Notes: a model not told the origin generated them from the letters alone. Shown: positions 43,097 through 55,271, counted from the first letter of the stretch. The stretch is DNA of 64,000 nt from an uncultured Candidatus Entotheonella sp. (GCA_965215335.1 CBDCDA010000001.1:1344001-1408000); one strand, 5' to 3'. A program made the numbers and translations.

Positions 43097-43537
43097 CGCT
43101 TTCGGTCCTCCTTGCCTAAGTGCAACTATTTGCAAAAAAGCCCTTCCAGTATGCTGTTCTGCCATGGGGCGTTACCCTGATTCTCTGGCACCGGGCATGT
43201 CCAGACCGAGCCACGCCGGTGAATTGAGGCGGCGGAACCATATAGAGGAGAGAATATGAACCCCCTATCGCTCTGCGTTGCCGGCAAAGTAAAGGGTCTT
43301 TTGTCGTCGTACGTCGTCCCTCGCTCGCAATATTTGCATGGGCGCACCTCTCAAGTCCCCACCTTCGGCAACGTCCCCACAACCCCTTGACAGCCGCCGT
43401 ACCGACCCCCAATATGACCTCCGAGGGCTCTTGGAACGTTAGTGGCGCATACTTTAACCGCGCCCTCAGATTGTCAAGAAACCAGGACCCCCTCAGTTTT
43501 TTGCAATTGTCAGGAAATAGCAGGTGCTTATGGATTT

Positions 43538-44397
43538 ATGAAGAAAACGCCTTTGTATCCGGTCCACAAAACCCTCAACGCCAGATTCACCCAATTCGGC
43601 GGATGGGAGATGCCACTCCACTACAGCAGTATGGTAGCGGAGCATCTTGCTGTCCGTACCAACGTCGGTTTGTTCGACCTGTCGCACATTGGGCGAGATA
43701 GAGGTCCGCGGGCAGGGGGCTGACGAATTGGTGCAAAAGCTTATCACTAACGACTCAAGCCGGTTAACTGATGGCCGAGTCCTCTATACGCCCCTCTGCA
43801 ATGAAACAGGCGGAATAGTTGATTATGTGCTGGTTTACCGACACACTGACAACCGCTACATGCTGGTCGCAAATGCCGCTAACGCCGAGAAAGATCTGGC
43901 ATGGCTGGAAACCCACAACGATACAGGAGCAGAACTGACGGACCTGAGCGACGATACCGTCTTAATCGCGCTTCAGGGGCTCGAATGCCATCTCCATTTT
44001 GACTTCATTGGTTTCCGATTGAGCCGGGCTCAGTCGGTTTGTCAGTCTCGACAAGGGGCAATTCATCGGCCTGGATGCACTCCTCGGGCAGCAAGAGAGG
44101 CGGCGCGGGAATCGAAACGGCAAGGGGTTCGTGCGACGGTTGGTAGGATTCCGGATGTTTGACCGTGCAGTAGCACGCACAGGCCATGCTGTCTACCAGA
44201 ATGGTGCCTCCGTTGGTACGGTGACAAGCGGGGATCCCTCACCGAGTCTCGAATGCAACATCGGCTTCGCGTCCATCTCTCGGCGTATCGAGAAAGAAAT
44301 CGGCCAAAGAATCGATCCTGCGATCGAAATTGACATCCGAGGCAAACTGCGCCTTGCGCAAATCATCAAAACCCCTTTTTATACGTACTTGCCGTGA
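43538..44397 (+). pseudogene. gcvT: Glycine cleavage T protein, frameshifted and internally deleted
   Basis: [20 protein letters not shown] | VANAAN..IALQG | KGQFIG | VTSG..KTPFY. Confidence 0.9.
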
Positions 44398-44411
44398 CCT
44401 CAAATTTTCGC

Positions 44412-44520
44412 TTGAGGGTTAAGAACGACGTCGCAATTGTCGGCGTCACGGACTATACCAAATCTCAATCTGAAAATTCAGGACTATTGTCTACTTCGGA
44501 CCACCCGAGATAGACACCGC
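44412..44520 (+). pseudogene. gcvH: Glycine cleavage H protein remnant
   Basis: LRVKNDVAIVGVTDYTKSQ...TIVYFGPPE; lipoyl region missing. Confidence 0.65.
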
Positions 44521-44564
44521 AGGACAATAGAAAGACAAGCAGACAGCTACCGAACTCACATTGA

Positions 44565-44981
44565 GTGGGACCCATAGGCGTTAAACGACATCTTGTTGAT
44601 TTTTTACCGACGCATCCAATTGTCCCAAGAAGGGCGAGCCCTGATAGCGACACCGGTATCGGCCCCGTCTCCGCAGCCCCGTGGGGAAGCCCCGGCATCC
44701 TCCCTGCCTCTTGGGCATAATACATTGCCATGATGGGTGCCGGAGGCTTAAAATCTGCAACGGAGGTCGCTATTCTCAACGCCGACTATATCGCCAGGCA
44801 GTTGGCATCTCACTACCCGATCCTCTACACGGGAAAAAATGGACGCGTCGCCCACGAGTGCATCATCGACCTGCGCAACTTCAGGAAAACCGCCGACATA
44901 GACGTGGCCAATGTCGCAAAACGCCTTATGGACTACGGGTTTCACGCCCCAACCGTTTCCTGGCCGGTCCCCGGAACAATG
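44565..44981 (+). pseudogene. gcvP: Glycine cleavage P protein internal fragment
   Basis: [42 protein letters not shown]. Confidence 0.88.
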
Positions 44982-44991
44982 AGGAAACAGC

Positions 44992-45978
44992 ATGACGAAA
45001 GAGCGGATTCTGAGTGGCATGCGGTCGTCCGGCGCGCTGCACCTGGGCAACCTTCTCGGTGCCCTGCAAAACTGGGTGCAGTTGCAGAAGGATTACGAAG
45101 CCTTCTACTTCATCGCTGACTGGCACGCCCTGACCACCGGCTACGCGGATACGGCTCAGATTCGCACCTGGGTGCGAGAAATCGCCATCGACTACCTCAG
45201 CGCCGGGCTCGACCCGGACGAAAGCGTGCTGTTCGTCCAGTCGCAGGTGCCGGAGCACGCCGAGCTGCACCTGCTGCTGTCGATGCTGACGCCGCTCGCC
45301 TGGCTGGAGCGCGTGCCGACGTTCAAGGAGCAGCAGCAGGAGCTCAAGGACCGCGAGATCAATACCTACGGTTTCCTCGGCTACCCCTTGCTGCAAACCG
45401 CCGACATCATCATGTACAAGGCCAACTGGGTTCCCGTGGGTGCCGATCAGGTGTCGCACGTGGAGCTCAGCCGCGAGATCGTGCGACGCTTCAACCACAC
45501 TTACGACCGCGCCGTCTTTCCGGAGCCGCAGCCGAAATTGACCGAGGTGCCCAAGCTGCCGGGGCTCGATGGGCGCAAGATGAGCAAGAGCTACGACAAC
45601 GTCATCTACCTGTCCGACAGCCCGGAGGCGCTGGCGAAGAAGGTCAAGGTGATGATGACCGACCCGGCACGCAAGCGGAGGACTGACCCCGGCGACCCGG
45701 AACTCTGCCCCGTGTTCGACTTCCATCGCATCTACAGCACCGAGGCGGAGCAGCAGGAGGTGGCGCAGGGCTGCCGCACCGCGAGCATCGGCTGCATCGA
45801 CTGCAAGAGCAAGCTGATCAGCCGCATGGTGGAGGACCTGCAGCCCCTGCATGAAAAACGCGCCCACTACACAGCGCATCCGGATGAGGCGATGGATGTG
45901 ATGCGCGACGGCAGCCGGCGCGCCCGCCAGGTCGCGCAGGAAACGATGGCGGCAGTGCGCGACGCCATGCATATCTGA
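44992..45978 (+). CDS. trpS: Tryptophanyl-tRNA synthetase
   Basis: [25 protein letters not shown]. Confidence 0.96.
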   Translation: MTKERILSGMRSSGALHLGNLLGALQNWVQLQKDYEAFYFIADWHALTTGYADTAQIRTWVREIAIDYLSAGLDPDESVLFVQSQVPEHAELHLLLSMLTPLAWLERVPTFKEQQQELKDREINTYGFLGYPLLQTADIIMYKANWVPVGADQVSHVELSREIVRRFNHTYDRAVFPEPQPKLTEVPKLPGLDGRKMSKSYDNVIYLSDSPEALAKKVKVMMTDPARKRRTDPGDPELCPVFDFHRIYSTEAEQQEVAQGCRTASIGCIDCKSKLISRMVEDLQPLHEKRAHYTAHPDEAMDVMRDGSRRARQVAQETMAAVRDAMHI

Positions 45979-46002
45979 GCGGGCGCACGGCAGGGAGCAG
46001 GG

Positions 46003-46497
46003 ATGCAAGTACGCAGCAGATGGCGCCTGCTGGGCTGGGTTGCCGGCCTCGTCCTGGCCCTCGATCAAGCCACCAAGCTTCACATCCACAACACCTTCGC
46101 GCTGTACGAATCCCGCCCGCTGGTGGAGAACTTCTTCGCCCTCACCTACGTGCGCAATCCCGGATCTGCCTTCGGCCTGCTGGCGCGCTACGACCCGGAC
46201 GTTCTGCGCATCTTCTTCCCGGCTATCACCGTGCTGGCGGTGGCGCTTCTGGTGTGGTACTTGTGGCGCCTGCCGGCCTCCCAGACCCTGACGCTGTGGG
46301 GCGTCTGCCTGGTGATCGGCGGCGCCGGTGGCAACGGCATCGACCGCTTCCGCATCGGGCAGGTGATCGACTTTCTCGACGTGCATTGGTATGACGTCTA
46401 CCATTGGCCCGCCTTCAACGTGGCCGACAGCGCCATTTGCGTGGGCGTAGGGTTGCTGGTCCTCGACGCGCTCCGCACCGCGAGGGTCGGAAGCTGA
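46003..46497 (+). CDS. lspA: Lipoprotein signal peptidase II
   Basis: DQATK, NPGSAFG, GNGIDR, VIDF, FNVAD. Confidence 0.95.
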   Translation: MQVRSRWRLLGWVAGLVLALDQATKLHIHNTFALYESRPLVENFFALTYVRNPGSAFGLLARYDPDVLRIFFPAITVLAVALLVWYLWRLPASQTLTLWGVCLVIGGAGGNGIDRFRIGQVIDFLDVHWYDVYHWPAFNVADSAICVGVGLLVLDALRTARVGS

Positions 46498-47456
46498 GCG
46501 CGGGCCAACGGTTCACCCTGGCCGTCGCGGCTGAAGACGCCGGCACGCGGCTCGACAAGTATCTGGCGTCGCGCCTCACCGATCTGTCGCGCACGCAAGT
46601 CCAGCGTCTCATCCAGGAGGGTCGGGCGACCGTCGCGAACGGCCCGCTGACCGCCAGCCACCGGGTACACGAGGGCGAAACCATTGATCTGCACGTCCCG
46701 CCGCCGCGACCGTCCGATCTTGCCGCCGAGCCCCTGGCGCTGAACATCCTCCACGAAGACGACGATCTGCTGATAATCGACAAGCCCGCCGGTCTGGTGG
46801 TCCATCCGGCGCCTGGGCATCCCAGCGGCACACTGGTCAACGCGCTGCTGTTTCACTGCCGGTCGCTCTCGGGTATCGGCGGCGAGGAACGTCCAGGCAT
46901 CATCCACCGGCTGGACAAGGACACCTCCGGGCTACTGGTGGTGGCCAAGCACGACCGCAGCCATCGCCATTTGGCGGCGCAGCTCAAGGCGCGCAAGCTG
47001 CAGCGGCGCTATCAGGCGCTCGTGCATGGCGCGATGCCGGCGCAAGAGGGAACGATCGACGCGCCGATTGGCCGCCATCCCGCCCAGCGCAAGAAGATGG
47101 CCGTCGTGGTGAGCGGCGGGCGGGCGGCGCGCACCCATTACCGGGTGCTTGAAGCGTGGGCCGGTCTCAGCCTGCTGGAGTTGGCCTTGGAGACGGGCCG
47201 CACGCATCAAATCCGTGTCCACCTGGCTTCCCTCGGCCACCCCGTTCTGGGCGACGCCACTTACGGACCCGGCGCCCGCCGCTGGCCGGGCCGGGCCGCG
47301 CTGGAGCAGGCCTTGCGGGCCTTTCCGCGACAGGCTCTGCACGCTGCGCAGGTGCGATTTCAGCACCCGACGCACGACGGCTGCATGATGTTTTCGTCGC
47401 CCGTTCCGACGGACATGGCGGCGCTTCTGGCGCAATTGCGCGGGCTTTCCGGCTGA
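46494..47456 (+). CDS. rluD: RluA/RluD-family pseudouridine synthase (start uncertain)
   Basis: S4 domain RLDKYL, HRLDKDTSG, TGRTHQIRVH. Confidence 0.9.
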   Translation: MSAGQRFTLAVAAEDAGTRLDKYLASRLTDLSRTQVQRLIQEGRATVANGPLTASHRVHEGETIDLHVPPPRPSDLAAEPLALNILHEDDDLLIIDKPAGLVVHPAPGHPSGTLVNALLFHCRSLSGIGGEERPGIIHRLDKDTSGLLVVAKHDRSHRHLAAQLKARKLQRRYQALVHGAMPAQEGTIDAPIGRHPAQRKKMAVVVSGGRAARTHYRVLEAWAGLSLLELALETGRTHQIRVHLASLGHPVLGDATYGPGARRWPGRAALEQALRAFPRQALHAAQVRFQHPTHDGCMMFSSPVPTDMAALLAQLRGLSG

Positions 47457-47596
47457 GGCGCGGCACTTTTCGTCCTGTATTCCGGGGTGCGCGTCGTGTA
47501 CTATAGGACCTCCCGGCCCTTCCCAGGCCCCGAATGGATCCGCACGCCCCGTAGTCGGCGCTGCCGAATCACACGATTACCCGAGGAAATGATCTT

Positions 47597-48586
<990 letters not shown>

Positions 48587-48628
48587 GCCGGCGTCGGCCG
48601 GCTGGGCTCTGCGTTTTGATCCTCTGGC

Positions 48629-48760
48629 ATGCTTCCACCCGACGTTTTCAAGCACGTGCGCCAGATTCATATCCGCACCAGCCGCTTGGTGCAGGACGTC
48701 CTGGGAGGCGAATATCATCGCCTTCAAGGGCCGGGGGATGGAATTTTCCGAGGTGTGGGA
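48629..48760 (+). pseudogene. DUF58 gene 5' remnant
   Basis: VRQIHIRTSRLVQDVLGGEYH + FKGRGMEFSEV, then the sequence breaks off. Confidence 0.75.
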
Positions 48761-48797
48761 GGAGGAGGGAATAGCCTGCGCAACGCTCCTAAAGGGT

Positions 48798-48900
48798 CTC
48801 ATTCCAGGCTTGACCCGGAATCCAGTGACCTGGAATCAGATCCGGGGGCAGACTCTTGGCGATCCAAAAACCTCCTGACCCCCGGCTTTCGCCGGAGTGA
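48798..48900. repeat. Degenerate REP/MITE-like palindromic element
   Basis: CATTCCAGGCTTGACCCGGAATCCAG ... CCGGCTTTCGCCGG, related to 28062-28161. Confidence 0.6.
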
Positions 48901-48939
48901 GGTGGATTTGCCCGGGGTCGTATACAAAGGCGAGCGTAG

Positions 48940-50004
48940 ATGAGGCATCTCGGCGGGGTGTTTCGGATTGATCTTGGCGGACGGTTCACCTGGCTGTCGG
49001 TCTTGGCGTGCCTTGTTGTCCTGATGGCGTCGCAGGCGGCCGCACAGCAGCCGGGCGTCGCGGTCGAGGAGTCACTTGAGCAGCACGTCGCCGAGAGCAA
49101 CGTGATCGTCACCCTGGCCGCCGACCGGCGCAGCATGGGAATGGCCGATCAACTGCGGGTGACCCTGTTGGTCACGGCGCCGCCTGACAAGGCCGTCATT
49201 TTCCCGGAGGTCTTCGACCGCCTCGGCCCCTTCCTGGTGCGCAACCACTTCACGCCCGACTCCGAAATACTGGATCCGCAGATTCGCCAGTGGCAGCGGG
49301 AGTACCTCCTGGAAGTCGAGGATGTCGGCGACCTTGCCATTCCGTCGTTGACGGTCACCCTCTTCGAGGAGGGGGCTGCCGAGGATGCGGTGCCGCAACA
49401 ACTGAGCACGGAGCCGTACCGGGTCGTCGTCACCTCGATTCTGCCGGCGGAAGCCGACGTCAAAAAACCCAAAGACATCGCGCCACCGGTCGAATTGGCT
49501 TGGCGCGGCCTGTCGGCGTGGGCCTGGATCATCATCGCCGCAGCGCTCGTGCTCGGCGTGCTGGCGATCCTGTGGTGGCGGCGAGCGCACCGCCGGCGCC
49601 TGCTTCGCGGCGCGCCGTTGCAACCGGCGCACGTGCTGGCCCTGGCCGCTCTGGATCGATTGCAGAGCGACGACCTCATCACCCTGCAACGCATCGAGGA
49701 GTTCTACGTGCGGGTATCCGGTATCCTGCGGCACTACATCGAATGGCGCTTCGGCCTGAGCGCCCCCGAGCAGACCACCGAGGAGTTTCTCGATGTCACG
49801 TTCGTTGCCGGTGGGCCTATCGCCGCGCACCGCGACTTGCTCGGCGCTTTCCTGGAACACTGCGACCTGGTGAAATTCGCCCGCCATCAGCCCGCTTCCG
49901 ACGACATGCAGAACGCACTGCAACGGGCGCGTGACTTCATCGAGCAAACGGCTGACCCGGCGTCCCTCGTCAGCACCGAAGCGGCGGGAGCCTACGCTGC
50001 ATGA
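48940..50004 (+). CDS. Bat-operon membrane protein (BatD/DUF4381-like)
   Basis: Signal peptide, Ig-like region, KDIAPP-TM, EQTTEEFL, DLVKFA. Confidence 0.75.
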   Translation: MRHLGGVFRIDLGGRFTWLSVLACLVVLMASQAAAQQPGVAVEESLEQHVAESNVIVTLAADRRSMGMADQLRVTLLVTAPPDKAVIFPEVFDRLGPFLVRNHFTPDSEILDPQIRQWQREYLLEVEDVGDLAIPSLTVTLFEEGAAEDAVPQQLSTEPYRVVVTSILPAEADVKKPKDIAPPVELAWRGLSAWAWIIIAAALVLGVLAILWWRRAHRRRLLRGAPLQPAHVLALAALDRLQSDDLITLQRIEEFYVRVSGILRHYIEWRFGLSAPEQTTEEFLDVTFVAGGPIAAHRDLLGAFLEHCDLVKFARHQPASDDMQNALQRARDFIEQTADPASLVSTEAAGAYAA

Positions 50005-50445
50005 GCCTGGAGAATCCCCTGGCGCTGCCAGGGCTTCTTCTTGTGCTTCTTGTTTTCTTTTTCAGCCGCCACCGTCGGCTATTCCACCCTGCACGATCTG
50101 ACCACCCTCCCCCGCTCCGTCATGATCCGCCTGCGCGAGGCGCTGCCCCTGCTGCGTGCCCTCGTGCGGGTCCTCTGTGTGGCGGTGCTGCCTTGTTCCG
50201 CCTTCTGTCCACGCTCCACGCTGATGATGCATCATCGCAACCCCCCGGGGCGCCATGGCGTCATAGTGGCGCGGGAAGCCGCGGTGCGCAAAGACAACGG
50301 CGACAGCTACGCGCTTCAACTGGCGCAACCGCTACGCTCCGGCACGGAATTCACGGTCCTGGAAACGCGCGGTGTCTGGCTGCGCGTTCGGCTCGAAAAT
50401 GGCGCCCAAGGCTGGATTCGTCGCGGGCACGCGGTCGTGTGGTGA
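50001..50445 (+). pseudogene. Chimeric remnant: BatA-like N-terminus joined to a BatE-like SH3 C-terminus
   Basis: MSLENPLAL..ATVGYSTL..LPLLR then GVIVAREAAVRK..SGTEF..WLRVRLENGAQGWI; no vWA domain. Confidence 0.65.
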
Positions 50446-50567
50446 GGCCTCGTGAATTTGATATTGCGGTATCGTATGGCCGGTGATAGAGTTTCGGGCT
50501 GTCTCAGACAACCCAAGCCGCTCTTGTTCAAAATCGCCACCTCGGTTCAGAGCTGGAGGAGCCCGTC

Positions 50568-51398
50568 ATGGAAGCAGCATTCATCACGCTACTGGTCTTG
50601 TCAGCCGGCATTTTCGTCGTCGGCATGATTGGTGGCTACATCCCGTTGTACAGGGAATGGAGTGCTGACAAATTGTCGTTGATGGTCGCCTTTGGTGGCG
50701 GCACCCTGTTCGCCGCGGCGCTGTTCCTGATGCTGCCGGAGGGCTGGGAGCACATCGAAGAGGGCCTGCCGTGGGCCGGTGTGGAGGCCGGTTTCGTGGT
50801 GGCGGTAGCGGTCACGGTCGGTTTTCTGCTCATGTACCTGCTCGAAAACCTCGCGCTGCCCCATCTCGGCCACGACCACGAAGAACACCTCGGCCACAGC
50901 GGGTCGGCGCACGCTGCCGAGTCACCGAGTGAACGCGCCGTGCATCAGGTGGGCGGCCTGAGCGCCTTCATCGCGTTGTCCATGCACACGCTCATCGACG
51001 GTATCGCGCTGGGTACGGCGGTGGCGGGCGGCGACGACTTCGCCTTGGGCGGCCTGGTGTTCATGGCGATTATCTTCCACAAGATGCCCGCCGCCTTTTC
51101 GCTGACCTCGGCTTTGAAGGCCGACCACTACCCGAACCGCACGGCCCTCACCTACCTCACCCTATTCAACGCCATGGTGCCGGTGGGTGCGGTGCTGGCT
51201 TTCCTGGTGCTTTTCGGCCTGCCCGTGTGGCTCTTGGGAGCCATGCTGGGCTTCTCGGCCGGTACGTTCATCCACGTGGCCACCAGTGACCTGTTGCCGG
51301 TCATTCACAGGCAGCATAGCGGCAAGGTATTGCTCAGCGCCGTGGTCATTCTCGGGGTCTTGTTCATGGCGGCATTCGGCTGGATAGGCGTTGGTTGA
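50568..51398 (+). CDS. ZIP-family metal transporter
   Basis: His-rich loop, HTLIDG, HKMP, AGTFIHVA. Confidence 0.92.
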   Translation: MEAAFITLLVLSAGIFVVGMIGGYIPLYREWSADKLSLMVAFGGGTLFAAALFLMLPEGWEHIEEGLPWAGVEAGFVVAVAVTVGFLLMYLLENLALPHLGHDHEEHLGHSGSAHAAESPSERAVHQVGGLSAFIALSMHTLIDGIALGTAVAGGDDFALGGLVFMAIIFHKMPAAFSLTSALKADHYPNRTALTYLTLFNAMVPVGAVLAFLVLFGLPVWLLGAMLGFSAGTFIHVATSDLLPVIHRQHSGKVLLSAVVILGVLFMAAFGWIGVG

Positions 51399-51497
51399 GC
51401 GTGTTATGATCTGCCGCTTCCCGGGCCCGACGCCCGGAATCCCACAAGGGCGTGGGAGGGCCAACTTCGCAACACTCCATCAAGGAAGGATTGAGGG

Positions 51498-52607
51498 ATG
51501 AAGCAAGAAGAGGTGCTGCAGCGCCAAGATGACAACTCCATGTCGCGGCGGACATTTGTGCAGGCCGCCGCCTCCCTGGCCGCCATCACGGCGATGGCAT
51601 CGGATGCCTTCGCCCGCAATTTCAGCCCGGGCGCGGACCCGGTGCGCTACCCCGAGCCCGACGTCGTGCCTCTCGACAAGCGCTTCAGATACAAACTCGG
51701 CAACACCCCCATCATGCGGCTGTACACCGGCACGTTGTGGGCCGAGGGCCCGGCCTGGAACGGAGTCGGGCGCTACCTGCTGTGGAGCGATATTCCCAAC
51801 AACGAGCAGTTGCGCTGGATCGAGGAAGACGGTCATGTGTCCCGGCAGTTCCGCTACCCCTCCGGCAACAGCAACGGCAACACCTTCGACTACCAGGGGC
51901 GACAGATCGCCTGTGAGCACGGCAACCGCCGCGTAGTGCGCTACGAGTATGACGGTACCATTACCGTGTTGGCCGATTCATTCGGCGGCAAGCCGTTCAA
52001 CGCGCCGAATGACGCCGTGGTGCATCCCAACGACGGCGCCATCTGGTTCACCGACCCCGGCTACGGCAGCCTGATGAATTACGAGGGTAACAAGGCGGAT
52101 ACGGGCTCGGTTCAGCCCTACCAGAAGGAAGCCATTTACCGAATTGACGCCCAGACGGGCAACATCACCAAGGTGACGGACGAAATCTACAAGCCCAACG
52201 GTCTGTGTTTTTCGAACGATTACACCAAGCTGTACGCCGCCGACACCGGTGCCTCGCACTATCCGGGCGCACCGCAGGACATCAAGGTGTGGGACATCGT
52301 CGACGGCACGAGCCTGAAGAACACCCGGCAGTTTGCGAGCATGGAGTTCGACGGCAAGGCCGGTTTTGCCGACGGCATCCGGGCGGACGAGGACGGCAAC
52401 ATCTGGGCCAGCGCCGGCTGGGTTGGCGACGGCTACGACGGCGTGCACATCTTCGCGCCGAACGGCGACCGCATCGGCCACATCCGCCTGCCCGAAATCT
52501 GCTCCAACGTGTGTTTCGGCGGCACCAAGCGCAACCGCCTGTTCATGACCGGCAGCCAGTCGCTGTACGCCGTTTACGTTGAAACGAAAGGCGCCCACAT
52601 CTCCTAA
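51498..52607 (+). CDS. SMP-30/gluconolactonase family, Tat-exported
   Basis: SRRTFV signal, AEGPAW, PNDAV, PNGLCFS, ADGIR. Confidence 0.92.
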   Translation: MKQEEVLQRQDDNSMSRRTFVQAAASLAAITAMASDAFARNFSPGADPVRYPEPDVVPLDKRFRYKLGNTPIMRLYTGTLWAEGPAWNGVGRYLLWSDIPNNEQLRWIEEDGHVSRQFRYPSGNSNGNTFDYQGRQIACEHGNRRVVRYEYDGTITVLADSFGGKPFNAPNDAVVHPNDGAIWFTDPGYGSLMNYEGNKADTGSVQPYQKEAIYRIDAQTGNITKVTDEIYKPNGLCFSNDYTKLYAADTGASHYPGAPQDIKVWDIVDGTSLKNTRQFASMEFDGKAGFADGIRADEDGNIWASAGWVGDGYDGVHIFAPNGDRIGHIRLPEICSNVCFGGTKRNRLFMTGSQSLYAVYVETKGAHIS

Positions 52608-52740
52608 CCCCACCCGCCTGATTGGCTCCGGCCGGCTACTCCCCGCGTTCCGGCCGGAGATTTAGCTTCTCTGCCTTGTCCCGCTGGGTGCTCCCCTATG
52701 CTGAGAGCGCTGTGCGCTTTTGGTGCCGCGGGCAAACCGA

Positions 52741-52853
52741 AGGTACAGCCGCTCGCCTTCGTCAGAATCGATCAGAACGGCCCAGTCCGGGTCGTAGCTG
52801 CCGAGCGGTGTCGGCACCCGGAACCATCCCGGAAGCCTGGCGTACACTAAAAG
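52741..52853 (-). pseudogene. Type III restriction (Res) C-terminal fragment
   Basis: YARLPGWFRVPTPLGSYDPDWAVL..ERLY. Confidence 0.65.
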
Positions 52854-52982
52854 ATGACCTGCTCGTAGACCGACTTTGTCGTATCGAGCATGTTTTTCAG
52901 ATGGCCGATCAACTCTTCCTTGCCATTGCGGCAATCGGAGAGCCCCGTCGCAAGGAGAACGTCAATCCTCCTTTGCTTGAGT

Positions 52983-55271
52983 TCATGCTTTGACTGCTTC
53001 CAGAGGGCGCTGGAGGGGAAGGACGATTCGCATCTCGGTGAAGGAGCCCGCCTCGGTGTCGAGGGAGATGGTTCCTGCATGGCGGGTGAGGATGTCCATG
53101 GTGAGCGAAAGACCGAGTCCGGTTCCTTCGCCCGGGGCCTTTGTGGTGACGAAGGGTTCGAAGATCTGTTCACGTAGTTCCTCTGAAATGCCGGGGCCGT
53201 TGTCGCGGATGCAGATCTCCGCCTGATCCTCCAGACGACGCGTGGTGACACGCAATTCCGGCTCATAGTCCGGGTCGTTCGATGTGCGGCGCTTTTCGTC
53301 AAGGGCCTGGTAGGCGTTGGTGATGAGGTTGAGGAACGCCCGGCTGATCTCCTGGGGAACCACTTCGACCATGCCGATTTCCGGGTCGAGATCCTGGCTG
53401 AGCGTCGCGTTGAATCCCTGTCCATGGGCGCGCATCGAGTGATAGGCGAGGTCGACGTATTGCTTCAACAAGGCATTCAAGTCCGTCTCGCGCCAGTCCC
53501 CCGGCGCGGAGCGGGAATGTTCGAGCATGCTGCGTACGATGCCGTCGGCGCGCTCGCCATGCTCCTTGACCTTCTGAAGATTCAGCCTGAGGTCCGAGAG
53601 AATGGGCTCAATCTCTCCGGCCAAGTCTCCCGTCTGGTCCTTGGTTTCCGCCATCATCTCGTCGATCTCGTCAATCAGCTCCACGGAGACATCGGAAAAG
53701 TTGGTTACAAAGTTGAGCGGGTTCTTGATTTCATGGGCGACGCCAGCCGCGAGCTGACCGAGCGATGCGAGCTTTTGCTCGGCAACCATCTGTTCCTGCA
53801 TCTTCTGGAGATTTTCCAGAGCCTCTTCCAGCGTGCGGTTCTTCGCGTCCAATTCCTGGGCCAGCTTCTCGACCAGATTCAGCCGTTGCACCTCAAGCGC
53901 GTGGCGCCGGAACACCTCCAAGGCGTCGGCCATGTCGGCCACCTCATCATGGCCCCGCACCTCGACCGGCACCTCCAGGTCGCCGCCCGCCATGGAGCGC
54001 ATCGCGGTCGCGAGCCCGACGAGGCGGCGGATCAGGTAACGTCCCACGAACAACCAGCCGATGAGGAGAGCGGCAAAGATACTCAAAACGTTGACCAGGG
54101 TGAGGAGCAGCCGTCCGGTCCGAACAGCGGACTGCGAGGCGTTGCTCACGCTGACGGCCTCGTTGTTGATGTCTGCCACCAAGTTGTTCGCCGCGGCGAG
54201 AAGCAAGACGGAAGCCTCACGCCCTCTGGCAAGTGCTTCCTGCTCCTGTTCCAGTCGCCGCAGGACTTCCCGACGCAGCGTGATGATTCCCTCGCCGGAT
54301 TCCCCCAATCGCGCCAGGCGCTCCAGATTTTCACCGAGGGCGCTGTCCGGCATACGGGCCGACAGCCTCGCATAGGCTCGCTGAAAGTTCTGCACGGCGC
54401 TGCGGAAACGACCCCGCAGGATCGGCAGGTGGCTGCGGTCGGAAAGAAACAGGACGTCTCCCAGCAGCAACGCGGCCAGGTTGGCTTGGTGATTCACGGT
54501 GACCAGGTCCCGATAATACGCAAGCTCGGCCTCGGAGGCCCGCTCCTCGATCGGGCTTGGCCGGTCTTCTAAGCGGCGCAACCCCTCCACCAGATAAAAG
54601 CCCTGGTCGTCGGTGGCGACGACCAGGTGGTGCTCGATGAGTCGATTCGTCTCGGCGAGTTCCTCTTTAAGCCGTTCCAGGGTACTCGCGATGGCAAGAC
54701 GCTGGACGGCCGATTCTTGTATCTCTCCCAGGTAGAGGTCAATATCGGCAAGCTGCCCTTCGATATCGGCAAGGTGCAGCCCGATATCGGCAAGATGGAC
54801 GCTGTCCATCCGGGTCCGCCCGCCGAAGATGGAACGGGACTCAAGCTCGCGGGATTCGAGCTCGTACGCACGGGACTCGAGTTCGTAGATCAGGTCGCCA
54901 AGAAGGGCCCGCTCCTGGGCCAGCTCTTCGGCCACTGCCTCATGCTCCCCCAGAGAGGATGCCGCAATGAGATGGAGCGCCCCGCTGACCACGATGGCGC
55001 TTTGGCGTGTCACACCCACTGCACTGCTCAGGTTGGGGATACCGGATTCCGCAAGTCGGGAACCGTGTTGGAGAATCTCATGGAAGGAATAGTAAGCTAC
55101 GAGGCTTGCGCTCAACGTAAGGAGAACGCTGACCAGAAGACATAAAAAGAACTGCTGCCCAATCCTGAGGTGCAGCCAACGGCGTTTTTTCGGCTTCGCC
55201 CCATTCGTGGCCGCAGAAGATTTCGGCGTGAGCGTTCCGCCAGGATCAGAGGCGGGATGGTTATTCATCAC
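52983..55271 (-). CDS. Membrane sensor histidine kinase (helical periplasmic domain, HAMP, HisKA, HATPase)
   Basis: Two TM segments, HDEVADMA, AHEIKNP, DNGPG, GTGLGL. Confidence 0.93.
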   Translation of the reverse strand: MMNNHPASDPGGTLTPKSSAATNGAKPKKRRWLHLRIGQQFFLCLLVSVLLTLSASLVAYYSFHEILQHGSRLAESGIPNLSSAVGVTRQSAIVVSGALHLIAASSLGEHEAVAEELAQERALLGDLIYELESRAYELESRELESRSIFGGRTRMDSVHLADIGLHLADIEGQLADIDLYLGEIQESAVQRLAIASTLERLKEELAETNRLIEHHLVVATDDQGFYLVEGLRRLEDRPSPIEERASEAELAYYRDLVTVNHQANLAALLLGDVLFLSDRSHLPILRGRFRSAVQNFQRAYARLSARMPDSALGENLERLARLGESGEGIITLRREVLRRLEQEQEALARGREASVLLLAAANNLVADINNEAVSVSNASQSAVRTGRLLLTLVNVLSIFAALLIGWLFVGRYLIRRLVGLATAMRSMAGGDLEVPVEVRGHDEVADMADALEVFRRHALEVQRLNLVEKLAQELDAKNRTLEEALENLQKMQEQMVAEQKLASLGQLAAGVAHEIKNPLNFVTNFSDVSVELIDEIDEMMAETKDQTGDLAGEIEPILSDLRLNLQKVKEHGERADGIVRSMLEHSRSAPGDWRETDLNALLKQYVDLAYHSMRAHGQGFNATLSQDLDPEIGMVEVVPQEISRAFLNLITNAYQALDEKRRTSNDPDYEPELRVTTRRLEDQAEICIRDNGPGISEELREQIFEPFVTTKAPGEGTGLGLSLTMDILTRHAGTISLDTEAGSFTEMRIVLPLQRPLEAVKA

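Noticed and set aside
43200..43535. Possible glycine riboswitch upstream of gcvT
   Set aside because: Only scattered GGAGA and CTCTCA-like words; the aptamer core could not be assembled by eye (an Rfam scan would settle it)
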